Shown: positions 40,256 to 49,564, counted from the first letter of the stretch. The stretch is DNA of 64,000 bases from Prochlorothrix sp. (GCA_035285005.1 JAYKIB010000093.1:190-64189), one strand, 5' to 3'. The notes: generated by a model from the letters alone, not told the origin. Numbers and translations are program-made.

Positions 40256-40282
40256 AAACCCTCGCGAGCCGAGGGTTTTTTT
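40256..40282 (+). terminator. Intrinsic terminator of the riboswitch-DUF4278-gifB unit
   Basis: AAACCCTCG-CGAGC-CGAGGGTTT hairpin followed by a T-run (GGGTTTTTTTG). Confidence 0.75.
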
Positions 40283-40617
40283 GTGGGGTGCATCCGGTTT
40301 TGGCAGCCCTCACCCTAAATCCCTCTCCCAAAGAGGAAGAGGAACTTTAGTCCTATTCCCCTTCTCCCAGCTTAGGAGAAGCGATGTCCTGAGCGCAGTC
40401 GAACGGGCGATGTCCTGAGCTGAGAGAAGGAGGCCCGGGGATGGGGGCCAAACCCGCCAAAGTGAGAGGCACCCCTGGTTGACTGACAACAAGTTCTGCA
40501 TTGGGCGCGAAAACCGCGCCCCTACCAGACGTTTGGGATCCTAGGGGTTAGATTGCCTGAACCGCACTCCATGCCTGGATTTAGCTCACTTTTGCCAGTC
40601 AGCTAGAAGGCACCCTC

Positions 40618-40692
40618 GGGCACCTCGATTAGTTGTGGCAGGCGGCTTCGCCGCCTGCCACAATCCTGATTCTGCCGTGGGCACTGCAATCG
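40618..40692. repeat. Family-1 element lacking the right TIR
   Basis: GGGCACCTCGATTAGTTGTGGCAGGCGGCTTCGCCGCCTGCCACAATCCTGATTCTGCCGTGGGCACTGCAATCG. Confidence 0.8.
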
Positions 40693-40772
40693 TGGCTACC
40701 CCGGATGTCCAGCGGGTCCTAGTGGTTTAGAGTAGGGATTGAGACTCTCCTGGCTCTCTCGCTTGGAAATTT

Positions 40773-41687
40773 ATGATTACCCTACAGACTCTCCACCCCC
40801 AGACCCTTGCAGCTGCGTTTGACAAAGCCCAAAGTCGATCGACCTTGGGGCACGTTGCCGATCGCATCCCCTACCTGGGCCAACAGAATCCCCAAACATT
40901 CGGAGCGATCGTAATCGATAGCACCGGGGTGCAGTGGAACCGGGGACGCACCGAGGGGCCGATCGCCTTGATGAGTGTGATGAAGCCGTTTCTGCTGTTG
41001 TATTTGTTGGAGATTGAGGGCGCGGCAGTGGTGGGCCGCTGGGTCGATTATCGTGCGTCGGCCCTACCGTTTAATTCCGTGACCCAACTCCAGGCCGATG
41101 GGGGACGACCCCGGAACCCCATGATTAATAGTGGAGCCATGACCCTCGCGGATAAGGTGCCCGGGAAGACCGGAGCCGATCGGTGCGCAGCCTTCTGCCA
41201 GTGGCTCAACCAGCGGGCCGGGACACAGTACCGTTTGAATCAGGCGCTACTGGACTCGGTGCATCAGGTGGGTCGGGAGCCCAACTTGGCGTTGTTGGAG
41301 GTGCTGACGGCGGCGGGGAATCTGGACCAGCCCTCGGTGGCGATCGACACCTATGAGCAAGTGTGCTGTCTCAGCAGCAGTTTAGAAGATTTAGCCAAAC
41401 TGGGACGGCTGTTAGCATTGCCCCACCCGGCCCTGAAGCCCACCAATCAGGACCAGGTCAACCAAGTGTTGCGCACCTGTGGTCTCTACGAGGCTTCATC
41501 CATGTGGACGCGGCGGATTGGCTTGCCGATGAAGTCGGGCATTAGTGGAGCCCTGGTGATGGTGATGCCGGGAGAAGGGGCGATCGCCTGCTATGGTCCA
41601 GCCCTGGACGATCGGGGAAATTCGATCGCCGCATTGACGTTTTTGGAACTGCTGGCCCAGGCCGGTCGATCGGCCTGGGGAGCGTAA
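40773..41687 (+). CDS. glsA: Glutaminase A
   Basis: Serine beta-lactamase-fold glutaminase motifs SVMKPF (S-x-x-K), NPMINSGAM, GISGAL. Confidence 0.85.
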   Translation: MITLQTLHPQTLAAAFDKAQSRSTLGHVADRIPYLGQQNPQTFGAIVIDSTGVQWNRGRTEGPIALMSVMKPFLLLYLLEIEGAAVVGRWVDYRASALPFNSVTQLQADGGRPRNPMINSGAMTLADKVPGKTGADRCAAFCQWLNQRAGTQYRLNQALLDSVHQVGREPNLALLEVLTAAGNLDQPSVAIDTYEQVCCLSSSLEDLAKLGRLLALPHPALKPTNQDQVNQVLRTCGLYEASSMWTRRIGLPMKSGISGALVMVMPGEGAIACYGPALDDRGNSIAALTFLELLAQAGRSAWGA

Positions 41688-41703
41688 GAACGAGGGTTAC
41701 GGG

Positions 41704-43170
41704 TCAGATTTCAGATGACTCCTGAGCTCCTGGGGGGGAGGCCACAGAAGTAGATGCTAGGGGAACACCTTGGCCCCCTTGGGGAGGTTGGTAGTAACTG
41801 GCGATCAGCGCGATCGAAAGCCACCAGAGCGTATTAATTTGGGGACGGTACCAGACCGTGTCCACCAGACCATGGCCCAGCATCCCAATGCTCGTAGCGA
41901 TCGCCGCTAGGAGCCAGTAGCCTTGACGATCGCCCATGTGCCGCAGCCGCTGGATTGCACCCCAGCCCTGGGTCCAGGCCGTTGCCAGCATCCACAAAAA
42001 TGCCGTAAGGCCCACAAACCCAGTTTCCACCGCCAGTTCCAAAATGACCGAGTAGGCACTGAGGGCGGTGTAGCGGGGGCGTTGATACAGGGGATAGATC
42101 TGGTTGAAAGCATCGTTACCGGGACCAATGCCCAAAATCGGTCGATCGCGGATCATATCCACCACGGCGGCCCAGACATTCATCCGAAAGTTATTGCTAC
42201 TGTCGGCCCGACCGGCAAAGATACTGGCAACCCGGAGTCGTAACGGTTCCACGGTCAGCACCATTACCAGTCCCAAGCCCACTAGGAGACCCAGGGCAAT
42301 GGGAATGGCCCAGGTTTGCCAGAAGGCAGACCAATGGCGGCTCCACCAATAGACCAACAGGAGGGTGAGCACAAGGCCGCCCAGCACTAAACCAATCCAG
42401 GCTCCCCGACTGAGGGTGAGGGCAATGCACTGGAGGTTAATCCCGGTCATGAAGACGGCTAAAGCCTTGCAGCCCCAGCCTTCCCAGGCAAAAATAGCCA
42501 CACCACTGAGGAAAACGGCAGGAATGAGGTAACCGCCGAGGAGGTTCGGGTTCCCCAGGTAGCTGTAGACGCGGGTACTGTCGGCAAGGGGAGAGGTGGG
42601 ATCCACCCAGGTGGCCAGGGCCGTAGCGCCCAGGAACCATTGGCGAATACCGTAGGCGCTGATGATAAGGGCCGTGAGCAGATAGACAGCGACCAGAATT
42701 TGGCGTAGACGGGCCGATCGGAGCACCCGCGCCATAAGGCCAAAGAAGATTAAATAGAGGGTGAGTTTAATCCAGCCCTCGATCGCCGCCGATCGCACGG
42801 GGGAGAATTGGGTGGCGACGGTGGCGATACCCCAATACAGGGTGACAAGCAGGTGGATGGGGGTCAGTCCTTGGCCCGGTCGATCGGTGAGGCCCAGCAG
42901 CACCCAGAAGGCGGCGATCGCCAGCAGAAAAAGTCCCGTAAGACTATTGGGGATAAAGGGGTTCAGGACAAAAACCAGGGAAATAAAGACAAGGCCAAGG
43001 GGATCAGCCCATTGCAGCAGGATACTTCCCGATCGCCAGGGTTCAAAGCTGCTAATCACCCGATAGAGAAAACTGCGCCTTGCCCAGTCGGTCAGCATGA
43101 CCTGGGAAAAGGTTACCGATTGCCAGACCTGATCCATAACGAAGAATGCTCCTGCGCTACTGTCCTGCAT
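41704..43170 (-). CDS. ictB: IctB-family membrane protein (O-antigen ligase/Wzy_C-like fold; annotated historically as a putative bicarbonate transporter)
   Basis: N-terminus VWQSVTF...WRSGSILLQWADPLG...AIAAFWVLLGLTD matches the conserved IctB N-terminus as I recall it. About 10 TM segments. RGAW Wzy_C-like loop. Confidence 0.78.
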   Translation of the reverse strand: MQDSSAGAFFVMDQVWQSVTFSQVMLTDWARRSFLYRVISSFEPWRSGSILLQWADPLGLVFISLVFVLNPFIPNSLTGLFLLAIAAFWVLLGLTDRPGQGLTPIHLLVTLYWGIATVATQFSPVRSAAIEGWIKLTLYLIFFGLMARVLRSARLRQILVAVYLLTALIISAYGIRQWFLGATALATWVDPTSPLADSTRVYSYLGNPNLLGGYLIPAVFLSGVAIFAWEGWGCKALAVFMTGINLQCIALTLSRGAWIGLVLGGLVLTLLLVYWWSRHWSAFWQTWAIPIALGLLVGLGLVMVLTVEPLRLRVASIFAGRADSSNNFRMNVWAAVVDMIRDRPILGIGPGNDAFNQIYPLYQRPRYTALSAYSVILELAVETGFVGLTAFLWMLATAWTQGWGAIQRLRHMGDRQGYWLLAAIATSIGMLGHGLVDTVWYRPQINTLWWLSIALIASYYQPPQGGQGVPLASTSVASPPGAQESSEI

Positions 43171-43225
43171 TAATGTTCTGCCCTAATGTTCCGGGGTGAG
43201 CCATGCCACCCCGCTCAACTCTGGA

Positions 43226-43876
43226 TTATCGATGACGGCGATATTCCACCTCAAAAAGAAACTCCAGGATTTCCAGATGGCGACGGGCCTGAAACAAACT
43301 GGCCCCCCAGGTGTAGAGACCATGACCCGCCAGCAGAATACCGTAGGGAACCGGCGTTGCCCCCAACAGGGGTTGCACCTGATGGCTCACCTGGGCCATA
43401 TCCTGATGGTTGGGCAGAATCGGGATTTTTACCGTAGTCTCGTGGGTTTTAATTCCCTCAAGGCCCTTGAGCATTTCATAACCCCCGATCGCGACGGCTC
43501 CCTGGGAGAGATCACGCTGGGAAATCAGCGTATTGAAGACAGTATGGGTGTGGAGGACGGCTTTGGCTCCGGTGGCCTGGACGATCGCGAGGTGGAGCTG
43601 GGTTTCTGCCGAGGCATTGCCGCGACCGTCGATCACCTGCCCCGTGGCATTCACGGTAATCAAATCTGCGGGTTCCACCAGGCCCTTATCCACGCCGCTG
43701 GGAGCCATCAGCAGGGTGAGGGGATCGGGCTCTAGGACCGCACTAAAGTTGCCACCGGTGCCCGTGGCCCAACCCTTGCCATGGATATCCCGAATCACCC
43801 AGGCCAAGGCTTCCCGGCGATCGACACTATATAAGGGACAGGCTGGAGCGGGTGCATGGGGAGAAGGGGGTGTCAT
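43226..43876 (-). CDS. mtnB: Methylthioribulose-1-phosphate dehydratase / class II aldolase-adducin family
   Basis: GWATGTGGNFS and LHTHT metal-binding His motifs. Confidence 0.75.
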   Translation of the reverse strand: MTPPSPHAPAPACPLYSVDRREALAWVIRDIHGKGWATGTGGNFSAVLEPDPLTLLMAPSGVDKGLVEPADLITVNATGQVIDGRGNASAETQLHLAIVQATGAKAVLHTHTVFNTLISQRDLSQGAVAIGGYEMLKGLEGIKTHETTVKIPILPNHQDMAQVSHQVQPLLGATPVPYGILLAGHGLYTWGASLFQARRHLEILEFLFEVEYRRHR

Positions 43877-43933
43877 TGGACCATCACAAGCGTAGAGATT
43901 GACCGATGGAAAATGTGAGGGGCTGCCATCACC

Positions 43934-46900
43934 TTAGCGAAGGAGACCCAGGCCCTGAAGGTTTTGGATCAAGAGCCCTTGGGTTTCCAAGATTACCCGA
44001 TCGAATGCCTCACTTTCCCCGATCGGCGCAAATAACTCTAACCCCTCCACTCCGTAATTGATCGGCACCGTATCCGGCAGCACTACCCCCTCCGGTCCGT
44101 TGGTATTGCGGTAGAAGAGGAAGCCGATGCCCTGGGTTTGGAGGCGGGTTTCCCCCGTGAGGCTGAGCAACCAGTCAGGAAAATCGCGCCGGTCCTGGAG
44201 GGTACGGACGAGGGCATCGGGCTGGGCGGCGAGGGCCGGGGGGAGGCGATCGGCGGTGAAGAGTTGGGGCAGGAAACGCTCGGGGGCGATCCAGGCCCGG
44301 AGTAGGGCAGCGGCGGCGGAGTCATCCGCCTGGAGAATGTCGAGGGCGGCTTGGGGTTGGTTTTGGTCAATCGCCGCGATCGATCGAACCCGAGGATTAA
44401 AGGCAAGGAAGTCTTCCGGCTTCACCCCAGCCCACTCAAAAGTTTCCTGGCGCTGTTGGGCTAACCACCAGGCAAGGATCGTGCGATTTTGGAGGAGGGA
44501 GCGGTAGGGGAGGTCGGTGGGGACCAGGGTGGCGAGGACCCGATCGTACCGATCAACGGTTTGGGCTAGGGCGCCGGTCCAGAGGGGTTCCAGTTCCGGC
44601 AACTCAGCGGGATTGTTCAAAAGATAGGTGGGATGGACCAAACCTTCGAGGGCGAGGGTGAGTTGAATGAGGTCTTGGCGAGGATTGAATACGGTTGCGG
44701 GACTGGAATCTGAGGTTGCATCTGGATTGGCACCGGAAGTTAAATCGGGATTGGGGCCTGAATTAGGATCTGGATTTGAGTCTGGATTGGACCCTGGGTT
44801 GGACTCTCGGTTAGACTCCCTGCTGATTTCTTCCTGGGACTCTGCACTGGGGTTTGCACCCGCATCTACACTGGGGTTTGCACTGGAATTCGCACTGGAA
44901 TCCGCACTAGCCGCTGCCGGGGACTCTGCACTGGGTTCTACCGTCGGCTCCGGGGGTAGCAAGTAGCCTTGGGCCGTAGCCAACTGTGCCGCCAAGAACG
45001 GTTGGCGCGGCGAAAGTTGCAACGCCCGCACCAGTGGCGGAGCAACCGCACGGGGATCCAAATCCACCAAGAAAAATCCCAAATAGCGGTGAAACAGAGA
45101 ATCCCCCGGCACCTTCTGCACCGCATATTGCAAATGGCGGCGCGCCCTGCGCAGCAAATCTTCCCGAAACTCCCGCTCCTGGGCGATCGTCTCCGCATCA
45201 GCCGGCAACTCTTCCGGTAACCCCTGGGCATTGAGCCGCTCCACATATTGGGTTAACTGCGCCCCGAGCTGAAAATCATAGTAGGCATCCCAGGGCACCC
45301 GATCGGCAGCGGCACGCCAGCGATCGTAAAACTGCTCCACCTCCCCTTGGCGCAGAGCCACCAACCCCGATCGTGCCAGAGCCATCGACCCATCCAGGGG
45401 AAACCATAACCCCAACCAAATGGCCAATAAGACCAGGGGAACCTGCTGGAGTCGCCGCACCCAAGGCTCGACCCGGAGGACGATCGAACCGTTGTAGCTC
45501 TGATTGAGACTAATCAGCAGCGCGGTGATTAACACCAGGGTGACACTGATGGGCAAATTCTCCAGTTGGAAGTCCAGTAAACTGCCCCAGCCATAGGCCA
45601 GTAAACTAGCCCCACAGCCCCGGCACAGCCATCGATCGCCCTGCAGCCTCGTGCGCTGAAACACCAACGGAGTCGTGAAACTCGGATCCGCTTCCTGCCG
45701 TCGCCACAACTCCCAGGCCCGGTCTAAAGCCACCGTCGCCCGTAACCACAGCGCCCCCAGGATACCCAGCCAAACCAGATACAGCCCCACCCCCACCAGC
45801 CCCATTTCCGCAGCTAGCTGTAGGGGAGTACCGGCCAAAGCCACCTCTCGAAAATCTGAAACCGTCGCCACCAGAGGCCGGTAGGCATCGTAAACCAAGC
45901 TCAGGTTCCCCAATCCAATCCCCCACAGCGGATAATCCTGCCAAATCTTCCAACCCGTATCCCAGCTCCAGGGATCACGGGCCAGGACTGCCCAGTTTCC
46001 CCAACCGGGCCAGCGGGGATGGCTCACCACGGCCAGTCCCCACAGCACCAGCCCCCCAAAGCTCCAGCCCCACAGCGGCATCCGCCGTCGCGGCATCACC
46101 CCCGATCCTGCAAACCAGTCCCCCGTCAAGGCCAGGGCCGCGATCGCCAGCAACAGGGCCGCAATGCCCACCGCCCCCACGGGCGAACCGGTGGTATACA
46201 ACAGTCCCGCTCCCAAGCCAACGATCGCGGCCCACCCCGATCGAACCCAGGCGTTTCCCCGTCCCCCCATCAGCACGACCCACAGGGGCAACAACAGCAG
46301 CAGATACCCGGCCCCAAAATCCGGGTCCCCCAGGGGATAGGGGTTTACAGGTTCCGCAAGGCGATCCTGGGCCGCCCCCCAAGCCCCCCAACCGACGATC
46401 GTGGCGGCGAATCCTGCCCAGCCGAGCAGTTGCAAAATCTGCCAGCGTCGATCGCTACTGTCCCGATCGGGCAGGTGATAGGAGGCTAGGTTTTGGACAC
46501 CCAGGGGAAGGGATCGCGCTGTCCCAGCGGCCAGATCCCCCGCCTCGCCAGCGGTGGCCCCAGTCCCCAGCTCGGCCAGAGCCTGCAAATCGGGATCGTT
46601 CAGAGAAGCTTGAAAACCCCGGGGATCCTGGGACTCTTGGGAACCCTGAAAGTCTTGGATATCTTGGAGATCTTGATCACCCTGAAGATCCTGAGGACGA
46701 TCGCCCAGCCAATGGGTCACCGTGTAGAGCAAAACCCCGTAGCCGCTAATCTGGACTAAATAGCCCAAGGTAGGGGGCACTTGGAGAGCCAGGGCACTGG
46801 TGACCAAAATCAACAACGCCGTAATCCCCAGGGCCAGATCCAGACCAAAACCCAGGGGTTGAAACGATCGATCGCGCCCCCGATCGCGCCCCCCTCCAGC

Positions 46901-47092
46901 GCGAGTCCGTCCCGGGGTCTGGACAAATCCCACCATCGCCAAAGCCACGAGCCCAAAGCCCCCCTGCCACAGCAGCACCCAGGGCCATTGCACCATCAAG
47001 GCATAGCTGCCATTAATCCCGGCAAAAGCAAGCAAACAAACCAGGCCCACCGCCAACAGTAGGGCAGGACCAGAGAGACGGTGTCGCAACAT
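43934..47092 (-). CDS. Large polytopic membrane protein with an O-antigen-ligase (Wzy_C)-like core, a TPR-like C-terminal region and acidic/Ser-Asn-Pro low-complexity inserts
   Basis: 1052-aa ORF with many hydrophobic helices in the first ~550 aa, a WGIGLGN loop, and then a soluble helical region. Confidence 0.7.
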   Translation of the reverse strand: MLRHRLSGPALLLAVGLVCLLAFAGINGSYALMVQWPWVLLWQGGFGLVALAMVGFVQTPGRTRAGGGRDRGRDRSFQPLGFGLDLALGITALLILVTSALALQVPPTLGYLVQISGYGVLLYTVTHWLGDRPQDLQGDQDLQDIQDFQGSQESQDPRGFQASLNDPDLQALAELGTGATAGEAGDLAAGTARSLPLGVQNLASYHLPDRDSSDRRWQILQLLGWAGFAATIVGWGAWGAAQDRLAEPVNPYPLGDPDFGAGYLLLLLPLWVVLMGGRGNAWVRSGWAAIVGLGAGLLYTTGSPVGAVGIAALLLAIAALALTGDWFAGSGVMPRRRMPLWGWSFGGLVLWGLAVVSHPRWPGWGNWAVLARDPWSWDTGWKIWQDYPLWGIGLGNLSLVYDAYRPLVATVSDFREVALAGTPLQLAAEMGLVGVGLYLVWLGILGALWLRATVALDRAWELWRRQEADPSFTTPLVFQRTRLQGDRWLCRGCGASLLAYGWGSLLDFQLENLPISVTLVLITALLISLNQSYNGSIVLRVEPWVRRLQQVPLVLLAIWLGLWFPLDGSMALARSGLVALRQGEVEQFYDRWRAAADRVPWDAYYDFQLGAQLTQYVERLNAQGLPEELPADAETIAQEREFREDLLRRARRHLQYAVQKVPGDSLFHRYLGFFLVDLDPRAVAPPLVRALQLSPRQPFLAAQLATAQGYLLPPEPTVEPSAESPAAASADSSANSSANPSVDAGANPSAESQEEISRESNRESNPGSNPDSNPDPNSGPNPDLTSGANPDATSDSSPATVFNPRQDLIQLTLALEGLVHPTYLLNNPAELPELEPLWTGALAQTVDRYDRVLATLVPTDLPYRSLLQNRTILAWWLAQQRQETFEWAGVKPEDFLAFNPRVRSIAAIDQNQPQAALDILQADDSAAAALLRAWIAPERFLPQLFTADRLPPALAAQPDALVRTLQDRRDFPDWLLSLTGETRLQTQGIGFLFYRNTNGPEGVVLPDTVPINYGVEGLELFAPIGESEAFDRVILETQGLLIQNLQGLGLLR

Positions 47093-47094
47093 GG

Positions 47095-47149
47095 CAAAGA
47101 CGATTCAAAGACGATTCAAAGACGACTCAAAGACGATTCAAAGGCGATC
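47095..47149. repeat. 11-bp tandem repeat x5 (CAAAGACGATT), 2 nt upstream of the start codon of the 1052-aa membrane protein gene
   Basis: Units at 47095, 47106, 47117, 47128 and 47139. The third and fifth units carry 1-3 substitutions. Confidence 0.9.
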
Positions 47150-47160
47150 GTGAACGGAAC

Positions 47161-47225
47161 GGAGTCTCGATGAATTGGGGTGGGCAGCGCAGCCGCCCAC
47201 CCCCAACCCTGATATTGACGCGGGC
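47161..47225. repeat. Family-1 half element, diverged
   Basis: GGAGTCTCGATGAATTGGGGTGGGCAGCGCAGCCGCCCACCCCCAACCCTGATATTGAC. Confidence 0.65.
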
Positions 47226-47241
47226 TATCCCCCCAAGATTG

Positions 47242-47380
47242 AGAGGATGTTTGGAAACCTAAGAGAATCCCCCCTAACCCCGCTTTATAAGGGACGACCT
47301 CTCTTCCCCCTTATAAAGGGGGACCGAGGGGGGTTCTGCCAGGGCCTACGGCCCCTGGCAGAAGTTTCCAAACATCCGCT
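47242..47380. repeat. Family-2 MITE, full copy, inverted relative to 5676-5820
   Basis: AGAGGATGTTTGGAAAC...CCCCCTTATAAAGGGGG...GCCAGGGCCTACGGCCCCTGGCAGAAGTTTCCAAACATCC. Confidence 0.88.
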
Positions 47381-47460
47381 TGGATAAATTGAGGTGCTCA
47401 AAACCGGGGGAACCGCACGAGTGCCCACCTCAAATTGTGCCAGTTTGTCGCCCAGTCCCT

Positions 47461-47496
47461 AGCACTGTGGGGAGCGCTGTGGGGAGCACTGTGGGG
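47461..47496. repeat. 12-bp tandem repeat x3 (AGCRCTGTGGGG)
   Basis: AGCACTGTGGGG AGCGCTGTGGGG AGCACTGTGGGG. Confidence 0.85.
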
Positions 47497-48493
47497 CCAG
47501 CTTCCATCCAATCCTTGGACATCCTCGTAACAACCCTACTGCGGACGGGGCAAAACCCTCACCTTTACACCCCATGGATCCATCTCGTAAGATAAGCCAA
47601 GAGCGATCCAGATCTAAGATTCATTCAAGACTTCTCATATAGCAACGGAACCGCAAGCGATCTTTACCTTAACCCCCACCTATCGGTTCCTTTTCCCCCC
47701 GCTATTCTTCCCCCCTTTTCAGCCTCGGCTTGCCCTCGAACACCTCGATCATTCCCAATCTTGACGGGAGTGCCCAAAAAAAGTCTGGGTTGAGGGTGAG
47801 TGATATGAGTGGATGGCTCCGCTGCTCTCCTCCGTTGACCTATCGATCGGGGTGCCTGGGTGCCGTAGGCATAGATAGAACAGGAGTTCGGTTATCCCCT
47901 GGCACAAAACCGCTCATCAGGTGGTCCTGGAAGTTATGGCCTTCTAGTGGGAATACTGAAACTATGGGCTTCCTTTCCTCGTCCGCAGGAGGATGCACTC
48001 CCCAGACTTAGCGCACTGTTCGCACCAGGACAGTACAAGGCGGGACAGAATCCCTAGATCCCTGTACCCGATGTATCTGCAAGATACTGTATCGCTCACC
48101 ATTGGCAGCTGTTCAATCCACTACTGCTCTACCCATGACACTGGCGCTCTAGTGAAACTGGCACTGACTGGTACTTAAAAATGACGTTGTTGGGCAACCC
48201 CGAGGCGGCTCAGCGATACCGGACATATCGGTCGCTCCCTGCCCGGCCTGAATCAATCACCCCTTCCGTGGATTTTAAGTTGGATCGTGACCCAGTTACC
48301 GTCGATCCTGACCCTCTGAAATTTGCGAGTTCTGGACCTATGAGTCTTGAACTTATGAGTGCTGGATTGACTGGCCCTCATTCGAGCTTTCCATCCACCC
48401 CAACTGTCTTTGTACCATCTTTCCGGTGTTTTTCCCCCTAGGCATTGGCTTAGGTCTGACCCGTTTTTTACCCTGATCCTGAGGTGAGGCACG

Positions 48494-49471
48494 ATGACAA
48501 CTAATCTCTCCCTTCCAACCCGCACTGAGATGAAAACCGACTTGGTCCGAACCTATCTCCACGAAATCGGTCGGGTGCCTCTGTTGACCCATGAGCAGGA
48601 AGTCATTTTTGGGAAGCAGGTCCAGCAGATGATGCGACTGTTGGAGAAGCGCACCAAGTTGAGCCAGTCCCTAAAGCGCGCCCCCTCGGATGAAGAGTGG
48701 GCAGAGGCCGTGAGTCTGTCGGTGTCGGATCTGCACCAAAAAATCCGCCAGGGTGAACGAGCCAAACAAAAAATGATTGAGGCTAACTTGCGACTAGTGG
48801 TGTCGATCGCCAAGAAATATCAAAAGCGGAATCTGGAGTTTTTGGACCTGATCCAAGAAGGCAGCCTAGGTCTGGAGCGCGGCGTAGAAAAATTCGATCC
48901 CCTCAAGGGCTACAAGTTCAGCACCTATGCCTACTGGTGGATTCGCCAAGCCATTACACGGGCGATCGCCCAGCAATCCCGCACGATTCGACTGCCAATT
49001 CACATTACGGAGAAGCTGAATAAAATTAAGCGGGTCCAGCGGGATTTATCCCAGGATCTGGGTCGTGCTGCTACGCCTACGGAGATTGCGGAAGAGTTGG
49101 AGCTAGAACCGGCCCAGGTGCGAGAGTACCTGATGATGTCACGCCAGCCCATCTCCCTGGATGTGCGGGTGGGAGACAATCACGATACGGAACTACAAGA
49201 GCTGCTGGAAGACGAGAACCCGTCACCGGAGGATTATGCCACCAGTGAGTCTCTGCGGGGGGATCTGGAGCGGTTGTTTTTGGAGCTGACTCCCCAGCAA
49301 CAGCTTGTGCTGCGTTTACGGTTTGGCCTAGAAGATGGTCGCGGGCTGTCGTTGGCAAAGGTGGGCGAGCGGCTGAACTTGAGCCGGGAACGGGTCCGCC
49401 AGTTAGAACGCCAAGCCCTCGATCGGCTCCGCCGTCACCGGGCGGTGGTGCGAGAGTATCTGGCCATTTAA
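48494..49471 (+). CDS. Group 2 RpoD/SigA-family RNA polymerase sigma factor
   Basis: Regions 2-4 present: [69 protein letters not shown]. Confidence 0.93.
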   Translation: MTTNLSLPTRTEMKTDLVRTYLHEIGRVPLLTHEQEVIFGKQVQQMMRLLEKRTKLSQSLKRAPSDEEWAEAVSLSVSDLHQKIRQGERAKQKMIEANLRLVVSIAKKYQKRNLEFLDLIQEGSLGLERGVEKFDPLKGYKFSTYAYWWIRQAITRAIAQQSRTIRLPIHITEKLNKIKRVQRDLSQDLGRAATPTEIAEELELEPAQVREYLMMSRQPISLDVRVGDNHDTELQELLEDENPSPEDYATSESLRGDLERLFLELTPQQQLVLRLRFGLEDGRGLSLAKVGERLNLSRERVRQLERQALDRLRRHRAVVREYLAI

Positions 49472-49491
49472 GGGATCGATCGGAAGGGTTA

Positions 49492-49548
49492 AGAGGATGT
49501 TTGAAAACGTCGGCTAGGTGCCGTAGGCCCTTGCAGAATCCCCCACGG
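49492..49548. repeat. Family-2 MITE, left-end fragment 20 nt after the sigma factor stop
   Basis: AGAGGATGTTTGAAAACGTCGGCTAGGTGCCGTAGGCCCTTGCAGAATCCCCC. Confidence 0.75.
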
Positions 49549-49564
49549 TGTTCCACGACACCGT

